64,000 bases of DNA. Origin: Octopus bimaculoides (lineage: Eukaryota). The stretch spans positions 55,508,450 through 55,572,449 of the forward strand of contig NC_068981.1 in assembly GCF_001194135.2 (NCBI RefSeq), in the 5' to 3' direction. The notes under the pieces were generated by a model, which was given only the letters and a program-made list of their open reading frames with translations, made no database searches and was not told the origin of the DNA. The position numbers and the translations under genes were made by a program. Positions 1 to 12,800 of the stretch are shown here, in pieces (position 1 is the stretch's first letter; each line of letters opens with the position of its first letter).

Positions 1-329
1 CCAAGCCAATTGACACTTATGAATCTTTGGGAGTGGTTTTTCCCAATAGGAAGCAACTCAGATCATGGTGATCCATCCAATGCATGCCACAATAGAAAGT
101 GAATGCGAACGGACAATGATGTATATGCTTGCATATGTATGTATGTTTTAGGTTGTTTGCAACTGAACTGGCAACCGAACCAAACTTGCTTGATGAGAAG
201 GGTGATTTTGGATAATCTGCAGGATGTAAAACCTGTCAAAATTTTGATGAACTTAGGGGGCTCAATAGCTAACCAATAATGTAATCCAATGGGACTCATG
301 ATGGTGAATGAGTAAGCTGCAAGAACACT

Positions 330-430
330 CATGCAAGCTTCACTCACTATAATCAATTTCATGCACACAAACTTCTTAGAAGTTTCTATATGTGATAGTG
401 GATTTTCATCGCTGAATTCATGAAACTTGG
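330..430 (+). mobile_element. Possible degenerate hAT transposase C-terminal (dimerisation) fragment
   Basis: Translation ...SICDSGFSSLNS* resembles the hATC motif (LCESGFSALN); short and cut off by the gap. Confidence 0.3.
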
Positions 431-471
431 TTCTTTTCCCTAAAACTATATATTTATATATATATATATAT

Positions 472-1434
472 NNNNNNNNNNNNNNNNNNNNNNNNNNNNN
501 NNNNNNNNNNNNNNNNNNNNNNNNNNNNNNNNNNNNNNNNNNNNNNNNNNNNNNNNNNNNNNNNNNNNNNNNNNNNNNNNNNNNNNNNNNNNNNNNNNNN
601 NNNNNNNNNNNNNNNNNNNNNNNNNNNNNNNNNNNNNNNNNNNNNNNNNNNNNNNNNNNNNNNNNNNNNNNNNNNNNNNNNNNNNNNNNNNNNNNNNNNN
701 NNNNNNNNNNNNNNNNNNNNNNNNNNNNNNNNNNNNNNNNNNNNNNNNNNNNNNNNNNNNNNNNNNNNNNNNNNNNNNNNNNNNNNNNNNNNNNNNNNNN
801 NNNNNNNNNNNNNNNNNNNNNNNNNNNNNNNNNNNNNNNNNNNNNNNNNNNNNNNNNNNNNNNNNNNNNNNNNNNNNNNNNNNNNNNNNNNNNNNNNNNN
901 NNNNNNNNNNNNNNNNNNNNNNNNNNNNNNNNNNNNNNNNNNNNNNNNNNNNNNNNNNNNNNNNNNNNNNNNNNNNNNNNNNNNNNNNNNNNNNNNNNNN
1001 NNNNNNNNNNNNNNNNNNNNNNNNNNNNNNNNNNNNNNNNNNNNNNNNNNNNNNNNNNNNNNNNNNNNNNNNNNNNNNNNNNNNNNNNNNNNNNNNNNNN
1101 NNNNNNNNNNNNNNNNNNNNNNNNNNNNNNNNNNNNNNNNNNNNNNNNNNNNNNNNNNNNNNNNNNNNNNNNNNNNNNNNNNNNNNNNNNNNNNNNNNNN
1201 NNNNNNNNNNNNNNNNNNNNNNNNNNNNNNNNNNNNNNNNNNNNNNNNNNNNNNNNNNNNNNNNNNNNNNNNNNNNNNNNNNNNNNNNNNNNNNNNNNNN
1301 NNNNNNNNNNNNNNNNNNNNNNNNNNNNNNNNNNNNNNNNNNNNNNNNNNNNNNNNNNNNNNNNNNNNNNNNNNNNNNNNNNNNNNNNNNNNNNNNNNNN
1401 NNNNNNNNNNNNNNNNNNNNNNNNNNNNNNNNNN
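472..1434. other. Assembly gap (N run) preceded by (TA)n
   Basis: N characters. Confidence 0.99.
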
Positions 1435-2595
1435 CAAGAAAAGAATTTTGAAAAAAAAAAAATTAAGAAATTGGGGTGGGTGGGGAGGAAGAAAATTAAA
1501 ATATTGAGAATGTGTTTTTTGAGCAAAATCCTAATCTCCTGTATTGAAAACATAGGAATTGGAAGAAATTTAGGAAAAAAAATAAGGAGGGTGTGCAAAT
1601 GCCACCTCGGACATGCTAGAAACAACAGGTAAAGGACAGGATTTCTGGGAAAACTTCCTTTTAAGTTTGTCTCAAATATCAGGTTTTTGAAATATGCTCA
1701 TCACAAACACAAATTACAGAATAGACCCTACCCAGGCAAAGCTGACTTCAATGGAATTTGAACTAAGAACATAAAGACAGATAAAATGCTTTGTGGCATT
1801 TTGTCCAGCATGCTAATGACTCTGCCAGCTGACTGGCTTAAACAGAGTTATAATAATGAGTTTAATGCATGCAGTGCTTAAATGTACAACTCACCAGGAA
1901 AGGGTAAAAGAGGGGACAGAAGGCAGCAAAGTAAAGAAAGACAACAATGAAAGCTAAAAGTGCATGCACAGTACACAGAATAAGACACAAAAAAGAACAG
2001 TAAATGAGCCATAAAGAGGAAAGGGTACCAGAATAGTGTTGGCAAATTTCAAGAAGCATGGAACTTTTGAAGGAAGCAGTGTCTTGACAGTTACCAGCCA
2101 ATGTGAATAGTTTATTTGATGTCTCAACAATCCTTGGCATGAAAAAATATTTCCTAAAGTTTTAGAGTCTCCTCTGTTATTTTGAATTTTATAAGCCTGT
2201 TCATGGGTGGTAAAGATGTTGAATTCAAAATGTGGCCAAAGTTATTACTGAAAAGATAAAAGATAATCTTGTGAGCCTCTACAAAGTCAGCTACTAGATG
2301 TCTAAATACAAAAGTAAATAAATATAAAATGGTGTTTCTAAAACTTGTAAATAAATTTAGATCAACAAAATAATATTTCAGCATAATGATTTTTCATTCA
2401 AATATTCTACTTCTTTCACAATGCTCTACTTAGTCCTTCAAAAGGCTGCAGGATTTTCACTTCTGGCCTGGGGTATAATTTAACTGCCACATCCAAAAAT
2501 ATGATTTAATTTTGAATTCTTGCATTACAGAAGCTGACTTAGCTGTCTAGTTGGGCCAGTTCATGTTTTGTACCAATTTAGAAAATATGCAAAGC

Positions 2596-2598
<3 letters not shown>

Positions 2599-2630
<32 letters not shown>
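2599..2630. repeat. (TG)n microsatellite
   Basis: Direct reading. Confidence 0.95.
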
Positions 2631-2633
<3 letters not shown>

Positions 2634-3189
2634 TAGAAAAATGTAAGACCACTGAAATTTGAGAAATTTTTACACGAGTGTAGTTAGTTGTACATAATGT
2701 AAGTAAAGTTTACTGTAATATATACTAATCCAGTTTACAAATGGATAAACACAAATCAGTGGTAAAATCTGTATACCGATTAAGATGTTATTCTATACAA
2801 GTCGACTAAATATTAAGGGGAACAGATGCTATAAGCAGTGTTTTGTTGATGTAACTATCAAGTAAAAGTGAAGTTTACCACTTGAAATTTTTGGATGAAC
2901 TAAAATTGATAGCAAGGAAATTTTTATGAAGAATAACATTGGTTATTCTATATACATTTTACTAGAAATGTCTTGTTACTTAGTGTTGTTTTAAAATGGT
3001 TTTTAGTTGGGTTTCTTGTAAGTTTGTTATCTATTCCCAAATTTTCATTAAAAATCTTTGAAATTTAATTATTGTAGGATAACAAGGATATAATGAATTA
3101 TAATAGTTTTAACAAATCTTAATTTGACTTGATTTTAAGTTTCAATCTGTTTTCAAATAATGTTTGAATTAGCATAGAAACAATATTGA

Positions 3190-3706
3190 AACAGGTCTCC
3201 TTGGAAGAGATGTTGGTAAAAAAAGCCAAACTCACTATCTCCAATTTAATTTTCATGCTTATCTTCACCTATGGTCATGGATGTTGAGTAATGGCCAAAA
3301 GATTATGATTGCATAGACATGCAGCTGAAATAGGGTTCCTCAACAGGGTACATGGCTCAGGGATCAAAGAGAGCCAGTGCTTCTCTGCATTGAGAGGTTA
3401 TAGCTTCAGTACAATGGACATGTGATTGCAATGTCACGAGAAAGAATCACAAGGCAGATTCTTCAAGCTAAGCCATCTAGCTAGAGACCTAGGTATAGAT
3501 CAAGAATGAGATGGTTAGATAACATCCATAGTATCAGTTTGTCATGCTTGAGAATCCTGCCAGAAAATCTAACGATGGTTGCTAATGATTATAGGACCCT
3601 ATGAAGGTGATACCTGTAGACTCTACCCCACTCCCATGAGCCTCCCAGAAATAGATTGCAGAGAAGAAAGTGGATGGATGGATGGGTGGGTGGGTGAGTG
3701 GGATGG
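3190..3706 (+). mobile_element. RTE-clade LINE 3' fragment (Expander/Rex3-like) with (GGAT)n tail, pseudogenised
   Basis: KAKLTI..IF...TYGHGC*VM, AAEIGFLNRV, LLCIER..LQYNGHV and RPR.RSRMRW.D, with stops and a frameshift; ends gaagaaagtggatggatggatggg. Confidence 0.75.
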
Positions 3707-4366
3707 CCCCATCAGTCTTTTTGTGAAAGTTTGTTTATTACATATTGTAAAATATGTGGATATATGGGGTTCTTTGGTTAAGATGGCTGGTCTTAAGAGA
3801 TGATTTGTTTGAAATTTTTATGTAGATAAAAGCACAAGTATTACTTTCTAGCAAAAGACAATGGACAATACATAGCAAAATCACAATGTGAAACTTAAAA
3901 GAAATATTGTTTCCTATCCTTTTTAGCTGCAAAAATATCAGTCATTTGGTTAACATTTTTACCAGCAGGCACATTGGCATTTTTTCATTCAATATTTAGT
4001 ACTGTCTCAATGTTTAGTTGCATTTGACCTTTTGAACTCCTTAGATGTGTTTTCCTTTGCCTACGTTTGTTCAGGGAGCCCTCTGTAAAAAAACGGTATA
4101 GCAGGATCAGTTGCCAAGATACCAGTAATTTTGATCTGAACTGGCAGTTTACTATAAAGATTGTTCTTGTAAATAATTTCAACAATACAGTTGTTTGTGA
4201 ACTTGATGGATGAATGTTTCATATCCAACCTTGTTATAGATTGCCTTTTCTACCTTAGATCAAGATCAGTGTCATAGCGTAATTAATTGTTCTGAGTCAC
4301 CTGATGCATCAACATTTTGGATAATATAGCCAAATGCTTAAAATTCATCTTGGATTTAATCATTAA

Positions 4367-4569
4367 CCCTTTAGCATTTAAACTGGCCATATCTGGCCCA
4401 AATATTCTATTTGTTTTGTGTTTAAAATGGCTAGATTTAGCCCCTCATACCTACCTTACAATGTCATTCTAAAAATAAACATTGAAGCTATGTGATAGTC
4501 TATGATTAATTCAAAACAATGAGAATAAATAAGCATTACATTTGACTGAGAAATCTAAATGCTAAAGGG
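4367..4569. mobile_element. piggyBac-type MITE (203 bp)
   Basis: TTAA on both sides (4363-4366, 4570-4573); perfect 14-bp TIR ccctttagcattta / taaatgctaaaggg. Confidence 0.85.
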
Positions 4570-4619
4570 TTAAATCATTTTAGTCCTCCATTTCCCAACT
4601 AATCTTACCCAAACTGAAA

Positions 4620-5450
4620 TGATAGGTAAATATGCAATAGCAGTCTTTGGCAGTTTTATCAAATGACACTTTGATTTACCAACCAGGGCCTGTAGTTAAT
4701 AAAACATCCTTTTTCTCTGTGGAACTCTTGCTTCCTTGAATGTACTTTGGATGATTTCTTTGATATTTTCCTTTAACTTTTTTATATGTCTCCACCCACT
4801 TATAAAGTTATCTTCATGTTTGCAGTTAGTAAAAATTTTCTTGATTGGCATATAGCTGTTATAACATCTATAGTCTTTCCCTGAAGGTATTTATTGAAGC
4901 TGTTTGTGTTTAAGATTGTCATTTTTAGCACAACCAAACCAATTAAGAGATCAAAATCACATCTGGCATTCAATAATGCACAACATTCTATATTAGGAGA
5001 AGAGGTCTTGATCATTTGTCAAGTCACAGCTTTTACTTCTTCATATCTACAAGACCACTTTGTAACGCTTTGAGATTTGTCACTGTCAACCATAGTATTT
5101 TCAAAGTGTATATGTCATTTAGACTGGCCTCCAGAAAGCTGTAGATGTTTTAAGTAGTTCCTGTGATATTGCAGAGAGGTTCAGTATCTGCCATTGTATC
5201 TTATATAGCAAAATTTCGGTGCTCATAAAAATGGACACAAATGTCAAGCAGAAGACACTCCTTTATTTTATGAATACCATCTAGTCTGCTTGATATTCCA
5301 TTTTAAATCAGTGTGTTTGATTGTGTAAGAGGCAATCTGATAATCAAACCATATTGCATCTAACTTACTGTACAACTTAATTTCTATGTCTGGAGACTTT
5401 GATAACTGCAGCAAAAGCTGATAAGATCTACTTCATTCATGTATGCTAGA
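4620..5450 (-). pseudogene. hAT transposase remnant (ZMYM1/Tip100-like)
   Basis: Minus-strand motifs CVHFYEHRN (cf. VHCYAHRLN), YSFLEAS, QSVTKWSCRYEEVKAV (cf. TRW.CR..AV) and FDLLIGLVVLK..YLQGKTIDV; stops and frameshifts. Confidence 0.75.
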
Positions 5451-5875
5451 TGTACATTTTCTCATAATTTATTGAAAGTTTACTGCTTAACACTGCAGAA
5501 GAGCAATTATCATTCTAGCAACTTTTACTATATATCTGATAAAAATGTGCTTTTGTGGATTAGATGGTTGAGAATGTGATTTTAGAAGAGTGTTGTGTTA
5601 ATGTTAAAATGTATTGTGAATAAATTCTGGTATTTGTTAAAGCTTGACATTTTGTAGCAGAGCACTGGTGTTTGTAAGTGGCTAACTTGGAGTAGTATAT
5701 TATGGATCTTGCTTTAGCAATCTCAGAATGATAAATAGTAAGGTTGCTCCTTGCAGGGTTTGAATTTAGAATGCAGAGGGTTGAAATTAAATGAGGCGGT
5801 TAGTCTGAGACTCTATTGTTTACATCAATATAAACTTGCTCTCCTTGAATTAATAATAAATGGCTTATTTATCTC

Positions 5876-5877
<2 letters not shown>

Positions 5878-5916
<39 letters not shown>
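5878..5916. repeat. (CAT)n microsatellite
   Basis: Direct reading. Confidence 0.95.
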
Positions 5917-5919
<3 letters not shown>

Positions 5920-6264
5920 TGATGATTATGGTTTGAGATAAATTAGCCATTTATTATTAAGGACAGCAAATTTATATTGAAGTAAAAAAAATAAGTGAAC
6001 ATTTTTAAATGCATTTTATGCCAATCTTGTTATCAGTGAGTAATTAATTCTACTAATAGTAGGAATAACCAGTATTATGTTCATGTCATTCCCAAGGACA
6101 TTAAATGATCTAAGAGGAAGGAAAGTCTTCTAACTAGAGAGGACAACATGGTTATTGACTCCTTTTTTTTCAATAACAAAAGCAATATTAATCATTAACT
6201 AATATCTTCTTTCTTCTCCCCCCCCACACATACTACATGTACACACACACATGCTACATGCACA

Positions 6265-6295
<31 letters not shown>

Positions 6296-8393
6296 GCATG
6301 CAAATACATGCACGTTTATTTTCAATTAGTTTTTTTTTATGCTTTATGCATTAAATAAATTAACACTAACTTCCCTAATTATTTTAGTTAACTCCACCTC
6401 CTTATATAATCAACTTAGTATTAATTGCTTGAAAGAAATTTAATATTATCATTAAAATTTTAATCTAATTATTTGTTGTGTTCTTAATTAATCTTCAGTT
6501 TCAAGATAATTAGCTACATTTAACTGTACTTCCTCTCCTCTTCAACCTTTTAGCTTATTTTACTTTTCAAAAGAAATAACTGAAAAGTCATTCAAATTTA
6601 CTCATTAAAAAGTTGTTAAGTTTTGTTTTTCTTTTAAACCACTAAATTTTGGGGTTTATTTTTACCATATATCTCTTCATCTATCTATAATTAACTGTTT
6701 TATGTCAGCTGTATAGTTAGTGGGTTAGAATACCAACCCAAAGGTCATAATTTCAAATTCAGTCACCAGCTGTATTATTCTATTTACTTTCATCTACCAA
6801 GCTGAATATAGACATCATCGCTCCTCAACATCAAAGACAAGTGATGGTAATTCCAGAAAATGTCTGAATTGGCAAAATCACTGAACCTTTGCCAAAATAG
6901 AAATGTTTGATGTAAAAATATTGGAAAAGAAACTAAAAGAAAACAGTGTGTGTATGTGTCTAACTATATGCATGATATGTGTATGTGTGGGCTAAAAATC
7001 AGGCTTTACTATTAAATGTTTTGACTGACGTTTTATTTTATGATTTTAGCAAATTCATTTCAAGTACATTTTACATTTTCACAAATTCCAAACATTTCAG
7101 ACATTACAAAACTTATATATTATTATTAAAAAAATTGACAAAAATTTATTGCTGTTTATACAATACTTAACCAACTGAAGCATTACAATATAACTTTAAT
7201 ATTTAGTTTTAGTGAACAGATCTTATACACAGTAACAATAGCCATTGCTGGGTGATTTGTTAGGATTGTCAGCTGGCTTGTAGTAGAGTCAGTTACTTTG
7301 ATTCTGCTGTATAGAGCTTTGATAAAGACTTTTGCTGGCCCAGTCCATCTGGCCATAAGCTGTACAATAAGAAGGTACAGCTCACAGCTGTAAGTAACAA
7401 GCCAACTATCTAACTAACTAATGTTTCTTACCTAACAGTACTGATCTCAAGTCTTCCCAAGAGTGAAGATTTTTGCTTGATGTTTCTTTGCAAGATGGGT
7501 GATGTCACTCAAACATTTAACACAGTAAAGTTTTAGATAAGTTTCGGTAAATTTTGCCTTTGGATGGATTTCAAAAACAGGTAATACACATAAAAATCTT
7601 AATTGAAAATCCTTTGGTCGGGAGAATTAAACCAGAGGGACTAGGCTAGATGATACTCCCTGACTGAGTTGGGAACTGTTGCTGATAAAAAAAAATTGCA
7701 TTTAATGATTTGTGCTTATAATATTAGTACAATGCTGGCTTCAGCTTGATGATCAATACTCATTGCTTCAGTGTTGATTTAAAAAAAACTCATTGCTTCA
7801 TTGTTGAATTTAAGGTATTTTGAATTTATTTACTTCAATAATATGTAAGTGATGCAATGAACCAATGAATGAGCTTCTATATAGTTGCCCAACTTGCTAG
7901 AAAAAGCAACAAAATCTCCTTCAAATCACATCTTATTGTCTTAAATAGGAAAGGATTCATTGGACGATGTAATCTCTGGTATATTAAAAGACAAGATGGT
8001 TAAAGCCTTTGTTCATATGTCTCTTGCATCAGAGTAGACAAATGGGTAAACAGCTACAATATAAGTAATACATTTAATTTATCATGAAATAAATTAATGA
8101 CAGAAAGTGATAACTAGATGAAGTATATATTCCAGCTACATCTCCCTATAACTTTGACATTGGTTTGTTCTCTTACCAACACAATATGATGACGATGTGG
8201 TCTAATGATTAAGTAGCAACTATTACTAATGCTTTCACTCATTGCTGATTGCTACAAGCTCATATCTTTCAAATGGACTTTTAAAGTGCTATAAAAACAT
8301 GACAATATTTGTTACATTTAAAAAACCCTGAGATTTTGGCACATATATTTGAATGTGCAGGGTATATACATGCATGCATGCACACATGCACGT

Positions 8394-8442
<49 letters not shown>

Positions 8443-8564
8443 CATGCTAGCAGTATGGCCATTACCAAAAGATGTAAATGAGCTGTAAGCCTTTTAATGT
8501 TACTTTTATTTTAGTTTACTTAACTTTTATATTTCATTCTGTGAAAATTTTGTTATAATTTCAG

Positions 8565-8715
8565 ACTGGAAACTTCATTTTTAATGGGAAAAAATATAAC
8601 ATTCAGCATTTAAATCAAGGTACTAATGATCTTGACTTAACAACTCCATTCGCACATATAATATTTAAAGATAAAATCAACTGGAAATCTAACCATTCCT
8701 ACTGTGAGACACATG
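8565..8715 (+). CDS. ADAMTS exon 1 in window (prodomain: [16 protein letters not shown]...PFAHIIFKD...SYCETH)
   Basis: ttcag acceptor, gtaagt donor, 151 nt open frame ending in phase 1, which matches the next exon. It resembles the prodomain segment with the HIIF/Y motif and a cysteine. Not in the ORF track. Confidence 0.75.
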
Positions 8716-9842
8716 GTAAGTTGTTCCAATTTATTAACTTGCTATGTTTAAAAGGAAATGACATCACTGATCTGCTAGATATGTAACACAAGACGGAGAG
8801 AGTTTTGCAGAATTAACAGGTCACTTAGGATTTCAAAAAATATTATATGTGTCCTGTAAATACAGATCATTTGTACAAGAAGTGAATATTTAAAATCTTA
8901 TTTAATGATGAAATAATTTAAATATATGATATTTTGTGAGTTGCTCTCAAAGTGTTGAAAAGTTGAAGTTTTACACCATATATCTTTCCATCGAGGTTGT
9001 TAATTTACTTTCTTAATAGCTATTCCAGTTAGTCATAGGTTAATTATACAGAATGGATCAAATAGCTTTTGTTAATTACCAAATTTTGCATCAACCTTCT
9101 GACTCCTCTTCCTTGTAATATAGCAGTGAGATTAGAGTGAGCCAAGGTTCAAAATACCAGCCAGTGAACCAGATATGTGATATCTATGTATAAAACTTAG
9201 GATGTATTGCATTTGTAATCTACTTGAAAAGAGCCAAGAGATGTTGTGTGGAGTTATGTAAGCACTAATGTAAATAATTTAAATCTCCAAGCTGTACCAT
9301 ATATTCCTTTTATTACATTTATTTTTTACCTCAGTTTATATTATTTTTAAAAAAAAGTCAGCTATTTTGCACTTACTATAGGGAAAATAGTTCAAAAGGG
9401 ACGAAGGTAATTGGACTAAATTTATGATTTTACTTTGAGTACGAGATGTCAATTAACCCTTGCCATATGTTTTTGACAGTTTAGTAGTATTTCCTAATTA
9501 GAACATTATTTATTTTAAATCCAGTTTCTGATTTTATAACTGGCAGTAAGGAATCAAATATTTATATTACTGCTATGGTAAATCTTTTTGACAAAATTAC
9601 ACCTCTATTCAGTTTTGTATTTGTTCTTCTGCCTCAGGAACATAAATATTCAAAATATTTTTACAATGTTAGCAATACTAACACATATTTCAAAGGTTTT
9701 GAAATATACTTTGTAGAGATTTTAAGAATTCATAGAAAATGCTTTTTCACCAAGATCATTGGTAAAAGTGAGGATAAAATGTTCAAGAGTGAAGAATACA
9801 ATATTATGTTTTACTTGAATTTCACAACAAACAGGATTAACA

Positions 9843-9893
<51 letters not shown>

Positions 9894-12800
9894 CATTATA
9901 AGCCCATGGTGGGTGCTGAGTCACTAACTCAGCATAATGTTTTGTTTTGTTTATAGCACTTCCAAGCCCAACATATTAACAGACAATGAGAAAAATGAAG
10001 TCATAACAGGAAAGAGGGATTAAACTAACTTCCACTTTCTCACTGTCCGACATTTCACCGGTATTACTGAGACATAATGAAAATGAATGGAAGCTAGGAA
10101 CATTGATTTTTCTTTTGAAGAACTGAAGAACTAATCCTGTAAGAAAAGAAGTTTAATCTCTCATAACAGGAAGATGTTTTTTTCTAACAATTTATTGATA
10201 ATAGATAAAATGAAATATAGTAAAGTTTGTAGCAGAATCACCTCTGTAAAGAATATTTTCTTAAGATAATATCATCTGAAAGAATATTTTCATGAATAAT
10301 ATCACATATATTTGTGATATTCTTTTCCAAATGATTTTATATTGCTTATCCATTTTTATATTAGAATTGATTATAGTTAACATTTGACTGAGCTGGCTTT
10401 AAGGAAGAACAACCACATCAACCTTGCTCATTGACATTGATTTATTCAAATACACATAGTAAGTGATTATATATGTAATTTATATTAATGACAAGTAAAT
10501 TCTGTTGTGGTACCTACTCTAAACTACTTAAGGAAAATAGTATAAAAAGGGTTTTCACTGTCTTTATGTAATACATCTAGAGTAAGCAATCTTAATAAAA
10601 TCTCTTTCCTAGTTAACCAACACTAAGTTCAGTACTAAAGACTAATGAAAAACTTGCCAATTGTGCAAGGTCCTAGATAGTCCTGTACCTATTTTCAATA
10701 ATAGGTATGAATATAGTGCAATTTTGATAATAGAATACAAACTCTCAATTCATCAGCTAAGTAGCCCAGCAAACTATCAACTTAGCCACCTGCACTTTTC
10801 TCAAAACAGTTAGCAGTAAAAATAATGAGCAAAACCCTTGACCTTACAAATTACTGTCATGTTTCTCTCTTCTATATGAATTTTTTTATTATCTGAAGAG
10901 TTTATTCATTATAACAGCATGACGGTAGCATACTTCCTGTGACGTTCAAATGACCTGATTTTATTTAATTAAACTAAGGCAGGTTTCTTGCTGTTTAACA
11001 GAAACTATGTTTCTAATAGCTCAACCATATGAGAAAAAAATATAATCTCTTAAAAATTTCATTGAAGTAGATGAATTGTTGAAAGATATTTCTGCAGCTT
11101 CATGCTCTTCCTTATATTAACTCCTGTTTTCTGTTAACTTACTTGCTACATGATACCAAAACAAGAGTTTGAAAATATGACTTTTCAATAAAAAGGTATC
11201 TAAAGTCTTTTCCAGGCTATGTATCTTGTAGTGATGTGTGTGTGTGTGCGTGTGCGCGCGTGTGCATGCATGTGTGTGTGTTTGTGCATAGGTGCAGATA
11301 TGGCTGTATGGTTGAGAAGCTTGCTTCCCAATCATGTAGTCTTGGGTTCAGTCATACTATGCAGCACTATGAGCCAGCCCTGGGCTGACCAAAGTCTTGT
11401 GAGTGGATTTGGTAGACGTAACTGAATTATTGGCGTCACATGAGGGTTGTAAATAAATGTCGCTGTCATATAAGTGATGTCATTCATTTCAAATCTTCCA
11501 TGAAAAATATGTCTGACCTTGAAGAAATATTATGTTACTTGGAAACAGGTGAGGATTTCTTACAGGAAGAGTATCAAGCTAAAAAAATTTGTTTTGGTGA
11601 ATTCCGTCTAACCTATCTAAACATGGTAAAATTAACATTAAAACAATGATGACAATGATATATAATCTGACACAGTAGGATCAAGACAATAGAGTGTTTT
11701 GCAAATACAAAAATAAAGAGAGAAAAAGAAAAAGATCTCATTCTCAAGTGGTATATAGTACTTGGTATGAAATTCAGAACCACAAAGTGTGGGTGGCAGT
11801 AAGTCATGAAGTAGATGCAGTGTGTTAAATTTCTGTCATAGTTTAGTGCAGCTGTCAAGATTTAAAAAACAGATGTCATTATAATAGCGGTGAAAATGAC
11901 CAAGCTGTTATAACATAACACTAGTAGTAAATTCGATAGACGGAAACTGTGTGGAAGCTTGTAATGTGTGTGTGTTAAGGTTTGTGTCTGTCCCCCCACA
12001 CACACACACCAACCACTGCTTGACAACTGGTGTTGGTTTGTTTATGTCCCTTTAACTTAAAAGTTCTACAAAAATGACCAATAAAATAAGCACCAGGCTT
12101 TAAAAAAATAAGTACAGAGCTCGGTTTGTTTGACTAAACCCTTCAAGGCAGTGCTCCTCCATATCCACAGTACTATGACTGAAACAAGTTAAAGAAAAAA
12201 AAGTTTAGTACCTATTTTATCAATATCTGCTGAGTGATCTAGTTAGTAACTTAGTAACTAGTCATAAAACAAAGGACACCAGTTGTTAAGTGGTGTAAAT
12301 GTAAGCACACACATGCACACACACAAACAAATATGGTGTTGATGATGACATGGACAAACAATAAAGCACTCAGTATTACTTATAGTACATAATATATTAG
12401 AAAAAATGTATACAATTTCAATATTCATGGTGTACTGCCAGTTTCACAGCATTATATTATAGCTTTTCTTCAGCATTGTCATCTTTTATTTACAACCAAA
12501 AGCAAGGTTGATACTGTTCAGAGGACATAATTTTAATTTGAGTTGTGGTAAGTTATTATCCTATTCAATGGTTTAAAGCAATCTACTATATATACTTATT
12601 TCTTTATTGCCCACAAGGGGCTAAACATAGAGGGGACAAACAAGGACAGACAAAGAGATTAAGTCGATTACATCTACCCCAGTGCATAACTGGTACTTAA
12701 TTTATCAACCCTGATGAAAGGCAAAGTCGACCTCAGCGGAATTTGAACTCAGAATGTAACGGCAGACGAAATACCGCTAAGCATTTCACCCAGTATTATA

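Noticed and set aside
63-1632. Three long ORFs (327-520 aa) in the ORF track
   Set aside because: Artefacts of translating through the 963-nt N gap.
5751-5936. ORF with a poly-His tract
   Set aside because: Translation of a (CAT)n microsatellite; no splice or homology support.
1435-8564. Search for further upstream ADAMTS exons (signal peptide, early prodomain)
   Set aside because: No open segment with splice sites and prodomain motifs was recognised; these exons are probably upstream of the window or in the gap.
11419-11920. Apparent 500-bp insertion splitting one SINE
   Set aside because: Both flanking pieces contain the same gtgagtggatttggtagacg region, so two partial copies explain it better; no TIR or clean TSD found.
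12705-12725. Other CTGATGA hammerhead-like heptamers (also near 16862, 43197, 53185 and 55571)
   Set aside because: They fall in SINE bodies or coding exons, with no adjoining stems, GAAA strand or NUH site.
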